NCBI GenBank assembly: GCA_964498725.1
Contig: CAZCHS010000005.1
Location: 14,374 to 78,373 of the forward strand
Origin: an uncultured bacterium
Lineage (GTDB): Bacteria > Fidelibacterota > UBA2242 > JAFGTP01
Direction: 5' to 3'
DNA length: 64,000 bases
Shown: positions 55,403 through 64,000 of the stretch, piece after piece
Layout: each line of letters begins with the position of its first letter
Position numbering within the stretch: position 1 is the stretch's first letter
Position numbers and translations under genes: made by a program
Notes under the pieces: generated by a model
What the model was told of the DNA's origin: nothing
The model's database searches: none
What the model saw: the letters and a program-made list of their open reading frames with translations, nothing else

Positions 55403-56884
55403 CTAATCAACCACCGGCTTTTGTAATTCATAATCATAAAAAGTTTTACGCGTTAAATCAGCCAATTTTAATTTATAGGTAATATAGGCATTCAGCCGGG
55501 TTGTATAGGCTTGATTCAACCGGTTTCGATTCAGCGCCAAAGTCTGGCTGTTAATGTCACCGTTGGCAAATCGTTGGGTACTGATCTCAAAGGATTTTTC
55601 AGCCACCTCCACATTTTGTTCCAGAAGTTGTAAGCGTCGCAATGCGCTTTGCAGTTCATTAACAGTGCTGCGAATATCACGGCGCACATTGACCTTTTCA
55701 TTCTCGATAGTATAATCGGCTTTACGAATTCTGGCCCGGGCCGCATCAACCCGCGCCCGGTTGACCCCCCAGTCCCAGAGAGGAATGGATATATTTAATG
55801 AAACACCCCTGTTGCCCTGGCGCTCAATCAAATTATCAACCGCGCCGTCGACTGTGTTCATGTATGCGAGATTAATATCATTTTCACCAACACCGATAAA
55901 ATCATAATAACCTTCTATAGAGCCGGTCACCTGACCATTGACCCGGGTTCTTTTCAGGCTGATTTCCGCCAGTTCTTTGGAAATTTCACTCTCACGGATC
56001 TCCAGCCGATATTTCAATCCGCGCTCAACAGCATCACTCTGATCCACGTAGACCTTTTCATAGGTCAACTGATAATCCAGATCCAGATCATTCCCCAGGC
56101 CGATTCCTAAAAATTGCTTCAGTAAGTCTTCATGGGCCTGGACATTGGATTGGGCAATGGCATAATTATTTTCCGCCTCCGCCTGATCAATCTCCATCTC
56201 GAGAGCTTCTACCTCGGCAATGACACCGGCTTTGTATTTATTCTGTGCCAGTTCATGAGCTTCCTTTTGGTATTCCAGGGTTTGTTTGGCGATTTTTTCC
56301 TGTTCCTGTGAAGAGACCAGATTATAAAAGAGTTGTGAAACTTCATATTTCAGGTCCAGTTCAGCGCGCTTCATCTGTTTTTTGGATTGTTCATAATTTA
56401 ATCGCGCTCTTTTTAATGAGGATTGAATTTCATTGTAGATATAGAAGGCCTGCAACGGTTGTTCAAAACCAATTCGTGTATTCAGTTGGACAGTATTCCG
56501 GTCACGAAAATAATCACTGGTGGAATAGATGCCGGAACTGAAATAAATATTCCCGTCTGTCGGCAAGGGTTGACGAATATAGAGGTTGCTTGAGTAGATC
56601 GCCTGTTTGATGGGTGTGTAATAAACCCCCAGGCTGTCCTCAAATCGCTGCATGGTCTCTTTATAATCTGGCATGGTCAGATTTAAATGAATATTGGTGC
56701 GTAAGGAATGGGTAGCCGCTTTTAATTCATATTCCGCGCTCTTGAAATTTTCCCGCAGGGTTTTCATTTTGTAGCTTTTTTCCATTGCCCGATTCAGACA
56801 TTCGTCGAAATTCAGGAAAAAAGAATCAGCGTTCAAAACCGTGGTAATCACTAAAAAAATGACAGCTAAATGTTTAATTTTCAT
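55403..56884 (-). CDS. TolC family outer-membrane efflux protein
   Basis: 493 aa with a signal peptide. It shows the duplicated coiled-coil/beta pattern typical of OEP/TolC. It is the last gene of the efflux operon. Confidence 0.8.
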   Translation of the reverse strand: MKIKHLAVIFLVITTVLNADSFFLNFDECLNRAMEKSYKMKTLRENFKSAEYELKAATHSLRTNIHLNLTMPDYKETMQRFEDSLGVYYTPIKQAIYSSNLYIRQPLPTDGNIYFSSGIYSTSDYFRDRNTVQLNTRIGFEQPLQAFYIYNEIQSSLKRARLNYEQSKKQMKRAELDLKYEVSQLFYNLVSSQEQEKIAKQTLEYQKEAHELAQNKYKAGVIAEVEALEMEIDQAEAENNYAIAQSNVQAHEDLLKQFLGIGLGNDLDLDYQLTYEKVYVDQSDAVERGLKYRLEIRESEISKELAEISLKRTRVNGQVTGSIEGYYDFIGVGENDINLAYMNTVDGAVDNLIERQGNRGVSLNISIPLWDWGVNRARVDAARARIRKADYTIENEKVNVRRDIRSTVNELQSALRRLQLLEQNVEVAEKSFEISTQRFANGDINSQTLALNRNRLNQAYTTRLNAYITYKLKLADLTRKTFYDYELQKPVVD

Positions 56885-56925
56885 AAATATATCCTGTAGT
56901 TGAAATCATTATTCATATTAACCTA

Positions 56926-58206
56926 TTACTCATAGCGCAAGGCTTCAATGGGATCCAGTTCCGCCGCTTTTTTGGCCGGAAAAAATCCAAACAGAATTCC
57001 CACTAAACTGGAAACGCCGACCGCCAGGACCACCGACCATAAACTGACGACAGTTTCCCATTCGGAAAAAGCGGTCACACCCCAGGTCAAAACATATCCC
57101 AGGACAATACCAACCAATCCCCCACCCAGGCTGATAATAATGGATTCCACCAAAAACTGATTGCGAATATCCAGTTTGGTCGCACCCAATGAGCGCCGCA
57201 AGCCGATTTCTTTGGTTCGTTCCAGAATTGACGCCAGCATAATATTCATAATTCCGATTCCGCCAACCAGAAGGGAAATGCCGGCGATAGCACCCATAAC
57301 AATATTAAATATCCGCTGGGTTTCCTCGCTCTGTTTGAGCAATTGTTCCGGCACGATCAGTTTATAATTTTTTTCTTCTTTGTGCCGGCGAAACAGTACC
57401 TGATCGAGAAACTCCGATGTAGAGGTGACGAAATCACTGTTGGAAACCTGTAAAATGATTTGGTCCAATTCCGATTTTTTCGGATCACGGTCGATTCGGG
57501 CTTCCATGGTCCTGATAGGTATAAACACACGGCGATTGAGATTGATTTCTGTGTTGCCGGCCACACTGATCGGTTCGTATTCCAGAATGCCGACAACTGT
57601 AAACCAAACATTGTTGATCCGGACTTTTTTCCCAAGGGGATATTCATTGCCAAAAAGCAAAATCAGCAGGTCATGTCCCAGAATACAGACGCGATTACTG
57701 ACTTTATTATCATGATGTGAAAAGTAGCCTCCCTGGGCCGTATTCAAAGACATGATCCCAAAATATTCAGGCTGTGTGCCGATCACCTCAACTTCTTCAA
57801 ACCGTTTTTGATAATTTACTTCCAGTTCTTCCTGCAATACCGGCACGGAATTTTGTGCGGTGGGAATAATCTTTTGTACGGCCTGGAGGTCCTGATAATT
57901 TAGCAATACGCTGTTTTCCCCGGGTTTGTTTTCCACTTCCGCCTGCTGTATAATAATGTTGTTAAGGCCAAGGGCCTGGATCTGCGAAAGGGTTTTACGC
58001 CGGGCGCCTTCTCCGATAGCCAGCATTGATATGACCGAGGCAACACCAAAAATAATTCCCAGCATCGTCAGAAATGTACGGGTTTTATGTTCCCGCAACC
58101 CTTTAATGCTGATTTTTAATATCTCACCGGTAATGAGTTTTAATTTCCGGTTTAAAACCGTAGAATTCTTGAAAATATTTTTAATATTTTTTGTTATTTT
58201 TTTCAT
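56926..58206 (-). CDS. ABC transporter permease, MacB/FtsX type (no fused ATPase)
   Basis: 426 aa. It has an N-terminal TM segment, a large periplasmic MacB_PCD-like domain, and a C-terminal FtsX 3-TM bundle (GIGIMNIMLASILERTKEIGLRRSLGATK). Confidence 0.85.
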   Translation of the reverse strand: MKKITKNIKNIFKNSTVLNRKLKLITGEILKISIKGLREHKTRTFLTMLGIIFGVASVISMLAIGEGARRKTLSQIQALGLNNIIIQQAEVENKPGENSVLLNYQDLQAVQKIIPTAQNSVPVLQEELEVNYQKRFEEVEVIGTQPEYFGIMSLNTAQGGYFSHHDNKVSNRVCILGHDLLILLFGNEYPLGKKVRINNVWFTVVGILEYEPISVAGNTEINLNRRVFIPIRTMEARIDRDPKKSELDQIILQVSNSDFVTSTSEFLDQVLFRRHKEEKNYKLIVPEQLLKQSEETQRIFNIVMGAIAGISLLVGGIGIMNIMLASILERTKEIGLRRSLGATKLDIRNQFLVESIIISLGGGLVGIVLGYVLTWGVTAFSEWETVVSLWSVVLAVGVSSLVGILFGFFPAKKAAELDPIEALRYE

Positions 58207-58209
58207 AAT

Positions 58210-59490
58210 CTATCCGCGAATGATCACTTGTTCCGTTCGCCCGGAGTCACTGCGCTGTCGTTCGGATTTATTTTTTGATTTGCCGTTTTCGGTATTTTGA
58301 GATTTGATCAGCCGAATTTCATCACCGGCTTTCAGTCCTTCTTCAATAACAATCAAATCCGAACTCACCTTGCCGGTTTTAACCGGTATAAACTTGCCAC
58401 TGGCATTATAAACACCGATTTCTTCATCCCTGTTTGTCACGGCATCGATGGGAATCGAGATAACATCATTGAGTTGCTCAACAATGATTTGACAGTCAGC
58501 ACTCATGCCCGGCCTTAATCCTTCGAATACTTCATTGATCTTTACTTCTACCTCAAAAACCTTTTTGCCGGAATTTTCATCTTCGTGGGCCAGGGAGGCA
58601 ATATTGGTAATTAAACCGGTAAATGCTTTTTCCGGCAGGGCATCGATCTCAAGATTAACCTTTTGCGCCGTATCAATACTGGAAATATTCACTTCATTGA
58701 CATTGAGCATCACTTTCATGTTACTTTTTTCCGGAATTTCCATTAATGGCTGAGAGCGCCAGGGTGTGGACCCTACACTGATCTTCTCCCTGCCATTAGG
58801 ACCCCAAATCTTTTTATAGACGACTAATCCCTCGCTGGGTGCTGTAATGGTCAGCTTTGCCATATCATCTTTAGCCCGCTGCAAATTCATTTTGGCCTGG
58901 TTAATTTTCAATTCGGCCTGTCGCAGGGCGGCGGCGTTGATCTCTTTGTTTTTTTCGATCTTTTCCACTAATTGGTTATAGGATATTTCAGCTTTTTTCA
59001 ATGAATATTCTATTTCTTTGCGTTTATTTTCGGCTTCATACTTAGCGTTTTTCGCCCGCAAGCGGGTCTGTTCAAGGCTGTACTCTTCGATTTTTAACTG
59101 GCTATCAAGGTCAGCCTGTGTTTTTTCAATATTGGCCATTTGGCTTTCATAAGCCGCTTCGGCTTTGTCCAGCTCATTCTGAACATTTTGTACCCGCTCC
59201 TCAAACTCGGCGGTATCAAACTGGAGCAGAAAATCCCCTTTTTCCACATAGGTTCCTTCATCCACCATACGGATAATCCTGATATTCCCCCAGATACGGC
59301 TCGGTGAATTAACAATGGTGGAGCTGCCGGCCTGCACAATGCCGTCAGCATAGACATCTATCAGAAATTCCCCACGGTTTACTTTGAATAAGGGATAATT
59401 TTCCTGTTTGCCTATTTTGTTGATGCCAAAAAGGACAGCAATAGCAATGATAATTACTGCAATAAATCGAAAACTTTTACTTTTTGTCAT
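58210..59490 (-). CDS. efflux periplasmic adaptor subunit (HlyD/MFP family), paralogue B
   Basis: 426 aa. It has an N-terminal anchor, a lipoyl-like half (VEKGDFLLQFD), a long coiled-coil hairpin, then beta-barrel segments (ITAPSEGLV). Confidence 0.85.
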   Translation of the reverse strand: MTKSKSFRFIAVIIIAIAVLFGINKIGKQENYPLFKVNRGEFLIDVYADGIVQAGSSTIVNSPSRIWGNIRIIRMVDEGTYVEKGDFLLQFDTAEFEERVQNVQNELDKAEAAYESQMANIEKTQADLDSQLKIEEYSLEQTRLRAKNAKYEAENKRKEIEYSLKKAEISYNQLVEKIEKNKEINAAALRQAELKINQAKMNLQRAKDDMAKLTITAPSEGLVVYKKIWGPNGREKISVGSTPWRSQPLMEIPEKSNMKVMLNVNEVNISSIDTAQKVNLEIDALPEKAFTGLITNIASLAHEDENSGKKVFEVEVKINEVFEGLRPGMSADCQIIVEQLNDVISIPIDAVTNRDEEIGVYNASGKFIPVKTGKVSSDLIVIEEGLKAGDEIRLIKSQNTENGKSKNKSERQRSDSGRTEQVIIRG

Positions 59491-59513
59491 AGGGTTGCCT
59501 TTTGATCTGTTTA

Positions 59514-60686
59514 TTAAAAATTGGGTATATTTATATTTTCTTTTAATTCCATATCAGATGTTAGAGCGCCACTAACATAAGCCTTGCCATCATAAATATC
59601 GATGACCGCTACGGGCAATCGACTGGTAGCGGTTCTCACAAAATATCCGTCGGCGTCTTTAAACAAACACCAGGCCGGTATTGAAAAGCCATCTAAATTT
59701 TTACCAATTTCGATGCTCACTTTGACAGTTAAGCCCGGTTTCATACGATAATTTTTGGGGCTGTTAATATTAACACTGATCGGATAAATGCGCAGTTTGC
59801 TTTCTTCGCTTTCATCGGCAATTTTTGAAATGTAAGCGACCTCACCCAAAAAGGTGGTATCTGGGTAGGCCAGCACCTGTATCTCGGCCGGTTGCCCCAG
59901 TTTTATTTTCGAAATATCCACTTCGCTGAGATCAATATCCACCTGCATATTATTCAAATCCGGTATTTGCAAAATAATACTGGCGGGACGAATGGAATCC
60001 CCGATCTTAACCTTGGCGCCCCGTCCCCTGCGTCCGGTCTTATGATAGACCACAATACCAGATTTCGGTGATGTCATCACCATGTCATCGATCATTTCCC
60101 GGTAATTTTTCATGCGGGTACGGTATTGTTCTAATTGCAGGTTGGTTTCATTTTCATCATTCCGGTTCAATATTTTCTGAGATTCCAGAGTTTGTTTGGT
60201 TTTTTTGATATTTAATTCGACTTTTTTCAATTCCAGTTCAACGGTTTTCTGATCGGCTTCGGAATTATATTTGGATTGCTCCAATTGATTTAAAGTGATC
60301 TCTTTTTGGATTTCCAGTGTTCTGATCTGGTTTTTAATTTCTTTGATGGTTTGTTGATTGCGAAGTTGCTTTTCCACCATTTGTTTTTCCAGCTGTTCCA
60401 GTTGTTGCCGGGCTTCATCCAGTTGTTGCTCAACTTCTTTGCTGTCAAAGACAACTACTGTATCGCCTTTTTCCACCCAACTTCCCTCTTCCGGCAGATA
60501 GAGAATTTTATAATTGAGGTTCCAGTTGCGCGGTGCAATGATCCGGGTAGAATTCTGGGACTTAAGTTCCCCCGACAAAGTAATCATAATATTTTCTTTG
60601 ATAGGCTTGTTGGCATTACCAAACAGCAATACTACGCCCACGAGGGACAGCAGTAAAATTAATTTCAAATTATTCATTAATTTCAT
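59514..60686 (-). CDS. efflux periplasmic adaptor subunit (HlyD/MFP family), paralogue A
   Basis: 390 aa with the same layout (VEKGDTVVVFD, coiled coil, MTSPKSGIVV). Its start overlaps the plsX stop by 17 nt. Confidence 0.8.
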   Translation of the reverse strand: MKLMNNLKLILLLSLVGVVLLFGNANKPIKENIMITLSGELKSQNSTRIIAPRNWNLNYKILYLPEEGSWVEKGDTVVVFDSKEVEQQLDEARQQLEQLEKQMVEKQLRNQQTIKEIKNQIRTLEIQKEITLNQLEQSKYNSEADQKTVELELKKVELNIKKTKQTLESQKILNRNDENETNLQLEQYRTRMKNYREMIDDMVMTSPKSGIVVYHKTGRRGRGAKVKIGDSIRPASIILQIPDLNNMQVDIDLSEVDISKIKLGQPAEIQVLAYPDTTFLGEVAYISKIADESEESKLRIYPISVNINSPKNYRMKPGLTVKVSIEIGKNLDGFSIPAWCLFKDADGYFVRTATSRLPVAVIDIYDGKAYVSGALTSDMELKENINIPNF

Positions 60687-61719
60687 TCTTTTCCCGGTTA
60701 TTAGTCAGTTCTTCTGATATTTTTTCACTCAATTGGTTTTCATAACTCTTTTTAGCGATTTTTATGGCATTAAAAAAGGCTTTAACATTGGAGCGGCCAT
60801 GGGCTTTGACTACAATTTTTTCAAAACCCAGTAAAGGCGCACCGCCATATTCACTATAATCCAGCAGCGGCTTGATTTTTTGAATCCCACTGTTTAACAG
60901 GTAGAGCCCGGCCTTCCAAAAAATATTTTTACGGGCGGCGAACTTCCCTATTTCCAGAAGGGATTCCACCATTCCTTCAGTGGTTTTCAAAACAACATTT
61001 CCGGCGAAACCATCGGTGACAATAACATCGGCCTCTCCGTTAAAAATTTTATTCCCTTCGATATTGCCCCTGAAGTCAAGGCATGGATAATCCGACAATT
61101 TTTGGTAGGCATTGACCAGGATCTTTCCGCCTTTATGGGCTTCGTCGCCAATATTCAGCAGGTAGATTTTTGGATTCAACTTACCGGTGAGTATTGTAAA
61201 ATAAATCTTTCCCATAACGGCAAACTGCAGCAGGTCTTCATCGCTGCAATCATTATTCGCACCAACATCCAATATCAGGCTGTAATGCTTTTTGCGGCCG
61301 GTCAGAAATTTTTTCGTAGGAAAGAGTGAAACGATAGCGACTTTATTGATCCCTTTTATCCGGGGTATATTCTTCAGGGATGATAAAATATAGGCGCCGG
61401 TATTTCCGGCTGAAACCACAGCCTGAGCCTTATCATCATCACACATTTTTACTGCCAGGTTCATGGAAGCGTTTTTTTTCTGGCGTATAATATTGCGGGG
61501 AAATTCATTGTCACCAATATGGTCAAAGGTGTGTAAAATAGTAATTTTACCGGGATCATGCTTTTCCTGCTCAAGCAGTTTGTTGATTTTTTCTTCATCG
61601 CCGATCAGGCAAAAATTGACATCCATCTGCAGTGACGCTCTGGCACAGGCTTTTACCGGAACCGCCGGACTATCATCACCGCCCATTACATCTACCGCAA
61701 TATTTATGCTCTTATTCAT
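60670..61719 (-). CDS. plsX: phosphate acyltransferase PlsX
   Basis: 349 aa, with INIAVDVMGGDDSP, VVSAGNTGA, GAPLLGF and VVKAHGRS. Confidence 0.95.
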   Translation of the reverse strand: MNKSINIAVDVMGGDDSPAVPVKACARASLQMDVNFCLIGDEEKINKLLEQEKHDPGKITILHTFDHIGDNEFPRNIIRQKKNASMNLAVKMCDDDKAQAVVSAGNTGAYILSSLKNIPRIKGINKVAIVSLFPTKKFLTGRKKHYSLILDVGANNDCSDEDLLQFAVMGKIYFTILTGKLNPKIYLLNIGDEAHKGGKILVNAYQKLSDYPCLDFRGNIEGNKIFNGEADVIVTDGFAGNVVLKTTEGMVESLLEIGKFAARKNIFWKAGLYLLNSGIQKIKPLLDYSEYGGAPLLGFEKIVVKAHGRSNVKAFFNAIKIAKKSYENQLSEKISEELTNNREKNEINE

Positions 61720-61952
61720 ATCTCTGATAAGGTGCCTTCAAAATTATCATATTATTTAAATAAGTATACCAGTAATATATAAAACAGTTTCATAATTAAT
61801 AAAATTTTTTATTAAAAACAACATAAAAATCATAAGCAGAAACCATGAAGAAACCAATCCTTATATAAATGAATAGAAATACCGGAATTGGATTTTTAAG
61901 TCTTAAGGATTAAATTTGGACTCTTTTTGATAATAACCTTATTGGAGTAAAA

Positions 61953-62498
61953 ATGAGTAACCATTATGACAAAGGATTGAAACAGGTGGAATGCAAACAA
62001 TTCAAGAACGCCATCAAATCCTTTACCGAATCGATTGAAAATGAAGAAAAAATTCTGGAATCCCTGCTGCACCGTTCCAGCTGCTATCTTCATTTTAAAA
62101 ATTTTGCTGAGGCAGCGGAAGACTTGTCCAGGGCCATTGATATGGATCCCACCTATGAAGAATTTTACTACAATCGCGCTATGGCTTATGTTAATTTACA
62201 GGAATATGATAAGGCGCTGAATGATTACAGCATTGCAGTGACCCTGAATCCTAAATATAAAAACGCATACTATAATAAGGCCTCTGTACACATGAAACTG
62301 GATCAGCATGAGAAAGCCGTGGAAAATTTTCTGGAGGCCGGCGCACTGGGCCACAGGGAAGCCCTGATAGTCTGTAAACATTTCAATCAGCGGGGTGAGG
62401 AAATCAATGAAAACAAAAATAAAGATGAAAAGCCCGAAGAATTCACCCCGGATATGGCGCGTCAACTATTAGCCACTTTAAAAAAGAACAGAAATTAA
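61953..62498 (+). CDS. tetratricopeptide repeat protein
   Basis: 181 aa with several TPR-like units (AIDMDPTYEEFYYNRAMAYVNLQEYDKALNDYSIAVTLNPKYKNAYYNKA). Confidence 0.8.
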   Translation: MSNHYDKGLKQVECKQFKNAIKSFTESIENEEKILESLLHRSSCYLHFKNFAEAAEDLSRAIDMDPTYEEFYYNRAMAYVNLQEYDKALNDYSIAVTLNPKYKNAYYNKASVHMKLDQHEKAVENFLEAGALGHREALIVCKHFNQRGEEINENKNKDEKPEEFTPDMARQLLATLKKNRN

Positions 62499-62526
62499 AA
62501 AGGCGTTCACAAAATGAACGCCTTTG
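62497..62526. terminator. bidirectional hairpin terminator
   Basis: AGGCGTTCA caaaa TGAACGCCT is flanked by AAAA and TTT. It lies between convergent genes. Confidence 0.7.
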
Positions 62527-62548
62527 GAAAAATCTATTGAATAACGTT

Positions 62549-62794
62549 TTATCTTCTTGGTCGAGCCACGTTAACTTTTAAATTTCTACCGCCAACTTCT
62601 TTTCCGTTAACTTCTTCAATAGCTTCTTGTCCGGCAGCATCATCTGCCATTTCCACGAAACCAAACCCTTTTGAGCGTCCTGTTTCACGGTCTGTGATAA
62701 TTTTTACACTTGTCACTTCACCATACTGACCGAAAAGTTCTTTTAAGTCATCTTCACTAGTCGAATAGGAAATGTTTCCTACATAAATGTTCAT
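62549..62794 (-). CDS. RRM-type RNA-binding protein
   Basis: 81 aa. It has RNP-2 (IYVGNI) and RNP-1 (KGFGFVEM) motifs. Confidence 0.9.
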   Translation of the reverse strand: MNIYVGNISYSTSEDDLKELFGQYGEVTSVKIITDRETGRSKGFGFVEMADDAAGQEAIEEVNGKEVGGRNLKVNVARPRR

Positions 62795-62946
62795 CTTAAT
62801 TCTCCTAAAAAGTTCAAAAAAATACAGGGATAATTTATACAGGTTAAAAGTAAAATCCTAAGCTGTTTTTTAGTTTTTTTATTTTTTTTCGATATATCTG
62901 CAATAACTAAAAATAATCCCGGCAAACTGTTTAAATATAAATTGTT

Positions 62947-63699
62947 TTAAACAGGGTTGGGAATGTCGATGAAGTCTACTTCCAGTCCCATGTTCTGGCT
63001 TAACAATTCGCCCATTCTACGAACACCAAACCGCTCTGTAGCATGGTGGCCGGCGGAAATAAAATGGACGCCTTCTTCCCTGGACAAATGCATGTTATAT
63101 TCGCTGGCCTCGCCGGTAATATACATATCAAGATCTTCGGCAATGGCCTGGTTGAATTCCTTTTGAGCGCCACCGGAAATGATACCGATAGTGTTGACTT
63201 TTTTCGGGCCGTAAGGAAATATTACTGCGTTAGGATTCAATTCGCGCCGGACTTTTTCAAAATAGTATTCGGGATCAGAATTTTTCAGAGCTCCTTTGAC
63301 GCCGATCTTGGTTCCTTTATAATCGCCAAAGGGTTTAGGATCCTGCAGATCAAAAAATTCCGCCAGTACCGCATTATTGCCATATTTTTCATGGGCGTCA
63401 ATAGGCAAATGGTAGCCCCACAAATTAATATCATTCTCCAGCAGCATTTTCACTCTTTTTTTATAATGCCCGGTGTAAGTGGGCCTGTGAAAAGACCAGA
63501 TAATACCATGGTGCACCAGAATGCCATCGGCTTTGGCCGCTATGGCGCGCTCAAACAATTCCAAACATCCCGTTACACCGGTAATGATTTTTTTGACTTC
63601 ATCCCGGCCCTCTACCTGTAAACCATTGGGTCCATAATCCTTATAAAGTTCCGGCTTTAAAATTCCATTTAAATATTCCGTAATTTTATCTCTTTTCAT
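62947..63699 (-). CDS. Nif3-like dinuclear metal centre protein (YbgI/GTP cyclohydrolase 1 type 2 homologue)
   Basis: 250 aa, with ILVHHGIIW, HLPIDAH, and C-terminal ISAGHHATERFG. Confidence 0.85.
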   Translation of the reverse strand: MKRDKITEYLNGILKPELYKDYGPNGLQVEGRDEVKKIITGVTGCLELFERAIAAKADGILVHHGIIWSFHRPTYTGHYKKRVKMLLENDINLWGYHLPIDAHEKYGNNAVLAEFFDLQDPKPFGDYKGTKIGVKGALKNSDPEYYFEKVRRELNPNAVIFPYGPKKVNTIGIISGGAQKEFNQAIAEDLDMYITGEASEYNMHLSREEGVHFISAGHHATERFGVRRMGELLSQNMGLEVDFIDIPNPV

Positions 63700-63701
63700 T
63701 G

Positions 63702-64000
63702 TTACCCTCTATCTGCTAATTTCGCCAGTAACCGCAATATTTCAATATAAAGCCAGATCAATGTTACCATTAATCCAAAGGCCGCATACCACTCCATGAA
63801 TTGCGGCAATCCCCGGTCACTTCCCTGGTCGATAAAATCAAAATCCAACACCAGGTTCAAGGCCGCGATTCCGACAACAAGCAAGCTAAAGCCGATTCCA
63901 AAGAGTCCACTGCCGAAGACACCCGGCATTTGCACGCCAAACCAGCTCAATATAAAGGAAAGAAAATAGAATAATGCAACACCTCCGGTAGCCGCAATGA
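63702..64000 (-). CDS. integral membrane protein, Bax-inhibitor-1-like/YccA-like C-terminus (N-terminus beyond the right window edge)
   Basis: The frame stays open upstream of the tracked TTG start to position 64000 (…IAATGGVALFYFLSFILSWFGV…). The C-terminus EWYAAFGLMVTLIWLYIEILRLLAKL resembles the BaxI_1-type family as I recall it. Confidence 0.5.
   Translation of the reverse strand, partial: IAATGGVALFYFLSFILSWFGVQMPGVFGSGLFGIGFSLLVVGIAALNLVLDFDFIDQGSDRGLPQFMEWYAAFGLMVTLIWLYIEILRLLAKLADRG

Overview
This window looks like a gene-dense chromosomal segment from a diderm bacterium. I annotated about 55 protein-coding genes, one tRNA-Lys(UUU), and several hairpin terminators. I saw no rRNA, CRISPR array, transposase or integrase. 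A lipid A operon (lpxB, lpxK), a gingipain-like C25 peptidase with a C-terminal FPNPFNP-type sorting domain, and a TolC/adaptor/FtsX efflux operon suggest an FCB-superphylum-like lineage; that placement is inference only. Most genes are housekeeping: mutS, ade, lpxB/lpxK, hppA, eno, ftsB, rsmE, ychF, upp, mpl, folC, rho, plsX. All calls come from reading motifs in the supplied translations and my own translation of unlisted frames. No database search was possible, so family names are recognitions from memory, not hits. No single obviously new multi-gene system stands out. The candidates worth a second look are:
- a three-gene AbrB-AbrB-Doc-like cassette whose Doc catalytic motif is degenerate, behind a 440-bp very AT-rich spacer (2485-3816);
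- four copies of a roughly 35-46 bp element in nested inverted order upstream of a response regulator with a Cys-rich C-terminal module (6720-7721), with a related perfect palindrome at 15871-15897;
- a membrane pyrophosphatase with a roughly 120-aa insertion next to its C-terminal catalytic motif (17699-18121);
- an AraC-linked corrinoid methyltransferase cluster with a MetH-activation-like domain protein (22757-27146);
- a hairpin-rich 260-bp gene-free region between convergent operons that may be an unclassified RNA (27278-27535);
- two locally disrupted genes, a frameshifted outer-membrane protein and an HD-domain protein with an in-frame TGA where homologues carry an aromatic residue, probably Trp;
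- an ABC-type efflux operon with two tandem adaptors and no ATPase gene.
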